A stretch of 64,000 nt of DNA. It comes from an uncultured Candidatus Saccharibacteria bacterium (GTDB taxonomy: Bacteria > Patescibacteriota > CALEFQ01). The position numbers and the translations under genes were made by a program. Position 1 is the stretch's first letter, and every line of letters begins with the position of its first letter. Shown in pieces: positions 58,830-64,000 of this stretch. The notes under the pieces were generated by a model. That model was given only the letters and a program-made list of their open reading frames with translations, was not told where the DNA came from and did no database searches. The DNA is taken from NCBI GenBank assembly GCA_965230955.1, contig OZ246404.1, positions 920,790-984,789 on the forward strand, read 5' to 3'.

Positions 58830-61762
58830 TAAGAACCAAAATAGTACGCCCCCATATCATTCCTTGTACTATCGGGATTATTGTAGAAAGGATCGGGATC
58901 ACCGGCGTGAATACAGGGTGAACCAGCTTGCAGATGAAAATCACTGCCCGGCGCGACAAACAGCGGGTTCTGCGAAATGGAATTTAATCCCTGATAAGTC
59001 GCTCCTTGTCCGGTGTAGTTGGTCGTGTTGCTCCAAACATCGGCGTAATTGTTGTTCAAATTAGCATTGCCGTTGGTCACATTGAAACCAGCCGAATTGT
59101 TGGTGATGATGTTGTTCCGCAATTTTGTTGCCCCGTCAAAACGATCCAGCTGAATACCGATCCCGGCCAACGTGCCGTAAATCGTATTGTTGTAATAATG
59201 AGTACCGGTGTTTCCCCGCTGAGTATAAATCCCGTTGCGCACGTTATTGAACAGATTGTAATAGACTTTGAAATTCTGCGGACGTAGAGCATAGACTCCC
59301 GTGCAAGCCGCTACAGTGCAATTGCTGACCGTATTCCGGTAGAATTGCGTACCGTTGGGCCGATCGAAATAATTGTAATTGGTGTTGTCATGGATCCGGT
59401 TGTCGTGAATCAGCGAATTGGTATCTGTGGTCGTATAAATTGCCCGCTGGTTATTATAAATATCATTTTGGTATACTTCCACACTCACGCTATTGTTCAG
59501 ATAGAGGCCATAGCTGCCGGTATTATTACGAATTATATTGTCATATATTTTTGTCCCGGTATTACCAGCGTCATAAACCGCTTGGGTAGTATTATTTCTG
59601 ATAGTGTTATTCCGAATTATATTACTGTTGTTGGCGCCGGCTTGCAGGTAGATTCCCGTGCCGACCGCATAAATTTCCAAATTTTCATAAATATCATTAC
59701 TGGTATTGTTCTGTGAACGAATACCATTCGTAGCGCTGGTTAATTTCAAACCGGTGATACGGAGATAATTGGTTTGTGTCATCTGAAAACAATTGGTCGT
59801 ACCGTCGATGATGACATTGGTATCGCCCGTCTTGTTCATGAATTCGGTATAGTTTCCCGCCGTCCCAGATTTGGCCGCGCTCAAAGTAACTTGCTCGGCA
59901 TAAGTACCATTGGCGATACAAACATTATCCCCGCCCGACATCGCGGTCACGGCCTCGGCAATCGTTTTAAAAGCAGTCGCCCAACTCAAGCCATTGCCCG
60001 AAACCGGGCGCGACTGATCCACATGCCAATTACAAGACTGAGTCGTGTAACTAAAAGACCAAGTTTGATTGCTCCACCGCCCATAAGAGTGATTATCCAC
60101 CGCTTCCACTTTCCAGTAGTAAGTGCCGGCTGAGGCCAGCGTCCCGGTATAAGTGCTGACACCTAGTCCGCTGACATTCATTTCCGGCGAGCCAAAGGCC
60201 GGATCATTGTCGACCATAATATGATAGGTCACGGTATCGCCGGGATCGGGATCAAGGGTGTCTTCCCAGTCGAAAGCCATCGGCATAGAAGAAATCGAAG
60301 CGCCGCTGGCGGGAGTCAGCAGATTGAAAGCATTCGGCTGGCGATTGGTATAAAAATTCCAATTTTGTTCAATCGCCCAGGTGGAACCGCCGCGAGTGTC
60401 ATCGGCTCGCACCCGCCAGTAGTAAAACTGTCCCGCGGTCAGGGCGGAAGGAATGGTATAAGTGCTAGGGATAAGACCGCCGACTTCTGTCTTGGTGGTA
60501 AATGTCGGATCGGTTGAATACCATAAAGTATAAGTCACGCTGTCGCCCGGATCAGGGTCGGTACTGTCATCCCAGTCCAGCGTCGGAGTCGTCGTGTTGA
60601 TATACTCTCCCGACACCGGAGCAAGCAAATGAAACGCACCGGGAGCGACATTGGCATCAACTGTCAGCGAACGATACGTTCGGCCGCTCGGCTGATCTGT
60701 GCCGTAAGTGATTCCGCCTAGTCCGTCCTCGGCCCGCACGCGCCAATAGTTAGTCGTATAATTAGTCAGGGCTTCTCCCGGCTTCAGCGTATATTCCGAT
60801 AAGCTGATGCCGGTAATGGTAGTCGGCGAAGAAAAAGAGGAATTATCATCATGCTGGAATGTATAGGAAACGGGATTACCGTCGGGATCCGTGGTATCTT
60901 CCCAATCAAATGACGGTGTCAGAGTAATGGTTTCATGATAAGCGTCAGCCGGCGACAAAAGATAAAACGGTTCGGGCGGATCATTGAGAAGCGCGTTGAC
61001 ATACCAATTTTTTTCTTCGCTCCAGCGCTCGCCCGCCGAACCTATGGCTTTCACCTTCCAATAATTTCGACGGCCATTAACCAGTTGTTGCCCGGAGTTC
61101 AGAGTATAAGAAGTCGAATTAATGCCGGTGATTTCGGTATAAGTGCCAAAATTAGGATCGGTCGAATGCCATAAAGTATATGACACGGCATTAGGCGCCG
61201 CGCTCCAGAAAAAAGTCGGAGTCAAGGTATAAGAAGTGCTTTGGTTCGCCGGCGAAGACAAAGAGAAAGCGCCGGGCAGGCCGCTGTCATTTAAGTCATA
61301 TTCACCAATCCGCCCCTCACTGCTGACACTGATTTCTTTTTGCTGGCCGGTACCATCGAGTTCTAAGGTGACGTGCCCGTAATTGGGCGTGAGCCCAGTC
61401 AGTTTATCGAACACCACCTGATCCACGGGCGGCGGAGCAAAACTGATGGCGCTGAAACTAAGAACAGTGGGAACATCAAAGGTTTCCAGCACTGTCCCGC
61501 CGGCGTAGTCATTTCCTTTAAATAAATAGAATTTGTCGGCGCCGGAATTGATCTCGAAGAAAACACCGTATTTTTCTCCGTCTTTGGCCGCGATGGACTG
61601 GCTCTGAGCCAGACGCAGGGTCGAAATGATCTGCTGAGCCGTCACATCCAGCTGGGACGATCGCTGATAAAAGCTATAACTCACGGTCACCACGGCCGAC
61701 AAAATACCGATCACCGCCACGGTGACCAGAAGTTCAATTAAAGTGAATCCGCGTCGAGACAT
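58829..61762 (-). CDS. giant pilin-like protein: prepilin N-terminus plus four FN3-like repeats plus a C-terminal right-handed parallel beta-helix (pectate-lyase/NosD-like) domain (977 aa)
   Basis: The N-terminus reads MSRRGFTLIELLVTVAVIGILSAV. Four repeats of about 100 aa carry the motif LxxPxxxxxxxxTPTFxWxDxxDPDxxxVxYTxxxxxDxxF. The C-terminus has NNTIRNNT-type beta-helix rungs and ends in PLFVAPGSDFHLQAGSPCIHAGD. Confidence 0.65.
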   Translation of the reverse strand: MSRRGFTLIELLVTVAVIGILSAVVTVSYSFYQRSSQLDVTAQQIISTLRLAQSQSIAAKDGEKYGVFFEINSGADKFYLFKGNDYAGGTVLETFDVPTVLSFSAISFAPPPVDQVVFDKLTGLTPNYGHVTLELDGTGQQKEISVSSEGRIGEYDLNDSGLPGAFSLSSPANQSTSYTLTPTFFWSAAPNAVSYTLWHSTDPNFGTYTEITGINSTSYTLNSGQQLVNGRRNYWKVKAIGSAGERWSEEKNWYVNALLNDPPEPFYLLSPADAYHETITLTPSFDWEDTTDPDGNPVSYTFQHDDNSSFSSPTTITGISLSEYTLKPGEALTNYTTNYWRVRAEDGLGGITYGTDQPSGRTYRSLTVDANVAPGAFHLLAPVSGEYINTTTPTLDWDDSTDPDPGDSVTYTLWYSTDPTFTTKTEVGGLIPSTYTIPSALTAGQFYYWRVRADDTRGGSTWAIEQNWNFYTNRQPNAFNLLTPASGASISSMPMAFDWEDTLDPDPGDTVTYHIMVDNDPAFGSPEMNVSGLGVSTYTGTLASAGTYYWKVEAVDNHSYGRWSNQTWSFSYTTQSCNWHVDQSRPVSGNGLSWATAFKTIAEAVTAMSGGDNVCIANGTYAEQVTLSAAKSGTAGNYTEFMNKTGDTNVIIDGTTNCFQMTQTNYLRITGLKLTSATNGIRSQNNTSNDIYENLEIYAVGTGIYLQAGANNSNIIRNNTIRNNTTQAVYDAGNTGTKIYDNIIRNNTGSYGLYLNNSVSVEVYQNDIYNNQRAIYTTTDTNSLIHDNRIHDNTNYNYFDRPNGTQFYRNTVSNCTVAACTGVYALRPQNFKVYYNLFNNVRNGIYTQRGNTGTHYYNNTIYGTLAGIGIQLDRFDGATKLRNNIITNNSAGFNVTNGNANLNNNYADVWSNTTNYTGQGATYQGLNSISQNPLFVAPGSDFHLQAGSPCIHAGDPDPFYNNPDSTRNDMGAYYFGS

Positions 61763-61766
61763 TTTT

Positions 61767-62987
61767 TTATTGAACCGTACTGATGACGGAATAAATCGGA
61801 GTAATAATGGATAGCGCCAAGATACCGATGCCGGCGCCGACCACCAGCATCAAGATCGGCTCGATCAACGAGGAAAGAGATTTGAGCTCGGTCACAACTT
61901 GATTGCTATATAATTCCGCCAGCCGGTCGAGAATAACGGTCACTTCACCGGTTCGCTCCCCCACTCGCACCATCCCGATGACCGTGGGCGGAAAAAGGTT
62001 TTTCTCCGCTTCCATCGATTCGGTCAGCGCCACACCCTTGGTCACCCGCTCGGCCACGCGCTTCAGCGCGTTGCCGTACAAACGATCCTTCATCGTATCG
62101 CCCGTCACGGTGATCGCTTCCACGATCGGCATGCCGCTTTTTACCAAATTGGCCAGCGTGCCGGAAAAAGCCGCCATGGCGATTTTTTCTTTGACTTGGT
62201 GAATCAGCGGCCAGCGACTCCAAAAAACGCTGCTCGATGTTTTCACCGACGGAAAACGATTGAGCCACCAAATAAAGACAATCAACCCGACCAGTACAAG
62301 CAGAATCAGCCACCAAAAATTGACGATGAAATCGCTGGTCGCCAGCAATAATCTGGTTGTACCCGGCAATTCCGCGCCGTTTTGCTGTAAAACATCGGCA
62401 ATTTTCGGCACGACAAAAATCATCAGTGCAAAACCGACGCCGATCATGGCGCAAACAATGACAATGGGATAAAGCAGTGCGCCGCGGACCTGGCTGGTCA
62501 ACTCGTAACGACGCCTCAACTCCGAAGCCAAATAGCGCAGATTCTTTTCCAAAATTCCGCTGACCTCGCCGGCACGTACCACTTGGATAAAAACTCGGTC
62601 GAAAACTTCCGGGTGTTTGGAAAAAGACGCCGAGAGCGGAATGCCCGAAGCCACATCCTTGCCGGCATCACGCAATATCTGGCGCAATTTGGCGCTGCGA
62701 AATTGATCGCTGACTATCTGCAAAGCTTCCACCAGCGGCAGACCGGCTTTTAGCATGGCCGCCAATTGCTCCACCAAAAGAGTTTTGTTCAGCAAAGAAA
62801 CCTGGCCGATTTCCATCGACCATAAGCTGCTGCGCCGACCTTCTTTTTCTTCCATCCGCGCGATGAAAAAACCCTGGGACTGCAATTGCTGAACCGCCGT
62901 CGTTTTATCGGCCGCGATTATTTTTCCTTTTTGGGTCTCCCCGTGTTTGGAGAGCACCTCGTATTCAAATTCCGGCATATAATCCAA
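61767..62987 (-). CDS. pilC: type IV pilus assembly protein PilC (GspF family platform protein)
   Basis: It has the duplicated GspF domain architecture with three TM helices, and it contains LLYPIVIVCAMIGVGF and GMPIVEAITV. Confidence 0.85.
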   Translation of the reverse strand: MDYMPEFEYEVLSKHGETQKGKIIAADKTTAVQQLQSQGFFIARMEEKEGRRSSLWSMEIGQVSLLNKTLLVEQLAAMLKAGLPLVEALQIVSDQFRSAKLRQILRDAGKDVASGIPLSASFSKHPEVFDRVFIQVVRAGEVSGILEKNLRYLASELRRRYELTSQVRGALLYPIVIVCAMIGVGFALMIFVVPKIADVLQQNGAELPGTTRLLLATSDFIVNFWWLILLVLVGLIVFIWWLNRFPSVKTSSSVFWSRWPLIHQVKEKIAMAAFSGTLANLVKSGMPIVEAITVTGDTMKDRLYGNALKRVAERVTKGVALTESMEAEKNLFPPTVIGMVRVGERTGEVTVILDRLAELYSNQVVTELKSLSSLIEPILMLVVGAGIGILALSIITPIYSVISTVQ

Positions 62988-62989
62988 GA

Positions 62990-63060
62990 TTTAAGATGTA
63001 AGATATAAGATGTAAGAAAATAAGAAAAAATTCTTCTTAAATCTTATATCTTAATTCTTA
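62990..63060. repeat. inverted repeat of TAAGAT units in the pilB-pilC intergenic spacer
   Basis: AAGATTTAAGATGTAAGATATAAGATGTAAGAA faces TTCTTCTTAAATCTTATATCTTAATTCTTATATCTT. Confidence 0.5.
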
Positions 63061-63106
63061 TATCTTCTCCCTGGGCTCACGGGTAAAACATAGTGTCAGC
63101 TCCTGC

Positions 63107-64000
63107 CTAGCGAATGACTCTGAGGATTTCGTCGATCGACGTCTGCCCTTCAAAAGCTTTTTGGATGCCGTCTTCCAACATCGTCTGCATGCCGGCGGCT
63201 ACCGCCGCCTCGGCAATAACGCTCGAATCCTTGCGTTCGGCGATAAGCTCCCGAATTTTGTCGTTAATTTCCAAAACTTCATAGATACCGACCCGCCCGC
63301 GATAACCGGATCCGCCGCAACGATCACAACCCTTGCTCCGGAAAAATCGTAAATTACTCCAGTCTTTTTTGGCGATAACTTGGAGTTTCACCATGTGATT
63401 CAAAGCGGCTTCCAAATCGATACCCGCCTGCCGGCTGGACAGAGATTTTAGATCGACTTTGTAACTTTCCATGCAGAGCGGACAGAGCCGCCGGACCAAG
63501 CGTTGGCCGACCGCTACATTGACGGTGGAAGATATCAAAAAAGGCTGAATCCCCATATCAATCAAACGCGGCAGAGTACCGGCGGCATCATTGGTATGGA
63601 GCGTGGACAGCACCAAGTGGCCGGTCAGGGCGGAATGGATGGCGATTTCCGCGGTTTCGGTATCGCGAATTTCGCCGATCATGATGATATCCGGATCCTG
63701 GCGTAGAATCGAACGCAGACCATTCGCGAAAGAAATTCCCACACCGGGATTAACCTGAATTTGATTGACCCGCTCAATGCTATACTCTATCGGATCTTCC
63801 ACCGTGCTGATGTTTACGTCTTCGGTATTGAGCATATTGAGCACCGTATAGAGCGTAGTCGTCTTGCCGGAACCGGTCGGCCCCGTCACCAGCAACATGC
63901 CATGCGGGCGCTCAATCGCGCGCTTGATAATATCTAAATTTTTTCCTTTTAGCCCCAAATCTTCCAGGGAATAGCGTTTGGATTCTTCCGGCAGAAGGCG
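63107..64000 (-). CDS. pilB: type IV pilus assembly ATPase PilB (GspE family), C-terminal part; the N-terminus lies beyond the window end
   Basis: It has a Walker A motif (LVTGPTGSGKTTTLY), an Asp box, a His box and the tetracysteine motif (CPLC...CDRCGGSGY). The reading frame stays open to position 64000. Confidence 0.85.
   Translation of the reverse strand, partial: RLLPEESKRYSLEDLGLKGKNLDIIKRAIERPHGMLLVTGPTGSGKTTTLYTVLNMLNTEDVNISTVEDPIEYSIERVNQIQVNPGVGISFANGLRSILRQDPDIIMIGEIRDTETAEIAIHSALTGHLVLSTLHTNDAAGTLPRLIDMGIQPFLISSTVNVAVGQRLVRRLCPLCMESYKVDLKSLSSRQAGIDLEAALNHMVKLQVIAKKDWSNLRFFRSKGCDRCGGSGYRGRVGIYEVLEINDKIRELIAERKDSSVIAEAAVAAGMQTMLEDGIQKAFEGQTSIDEILRVIR

Overview
This 64-kb window looks like it comes from a small-genome, CPR/Patescibacteria-like bacterium. 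I infer that from gene content only: a compact housekeeping set, a fused pilM-pilN, a type IV pilus operon with no secretin, many short intergenic hairpin repeats, and roughly 50% GC. Most of the window is housekeeping genes with confident calls: pyk, groES-groEL preceded by a perfect CIRCE operator and a consensus promoter, uvrA, uvrC, RNase J, trpS, a phosphohexomutase, ychF, an rpsF-ssb-rpsR-efp block, recA, rodZ, gpmI, ftsK and rpoB-rpoC. There is also one tRNA-Ser. The less ordinary content falls into four groups. (1) A type IV pilus operon of about 12 kb runs from 52.4 kb to the window end, all on the minus strand. It encodes a partial pilB, pilC, a pilM-pilN fusion and pilO. It also encodes two giant modular pilins. 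One (977 aa) has a prepilin N-terminus, four FN3-like repeats and a C-terminal parallel beta-helix domain. The other (853 aa) has a prepilin N-terminus and a LamG/ConA-like lectin domain. (2) A two-gene metabolic island carries a eukaryote-type glutamine synthetase II, with GC content apparently elevated relative to its neighbours, and a pyruvoyl-dependent arginine decarboxylase. (3) A gene for a four-helix-bundle protein of the family usually found inside 23S rRNA intervening sequences sits here between ~33-bp inverted repeats, outside any rRNA. (4) A PMT-family glycosyltransferase is transcribed divergently from a Thr/Pro-rich secreted CAP-domain protein. Regulatory and RNA candidates include a 49-aa peptide locus with a leader mini-ORF, two perfect palindromes next to an RHH-domain gene, a candidate plus-strand ncRNA upstream of rpoB, and a promoter plus attenuator-like leader ahead of rpsF. 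At least four families of intergenic hairpin repeats built from short tandem units recur across the window. I found no rRNA, CRISPR array, transposase or integrase.
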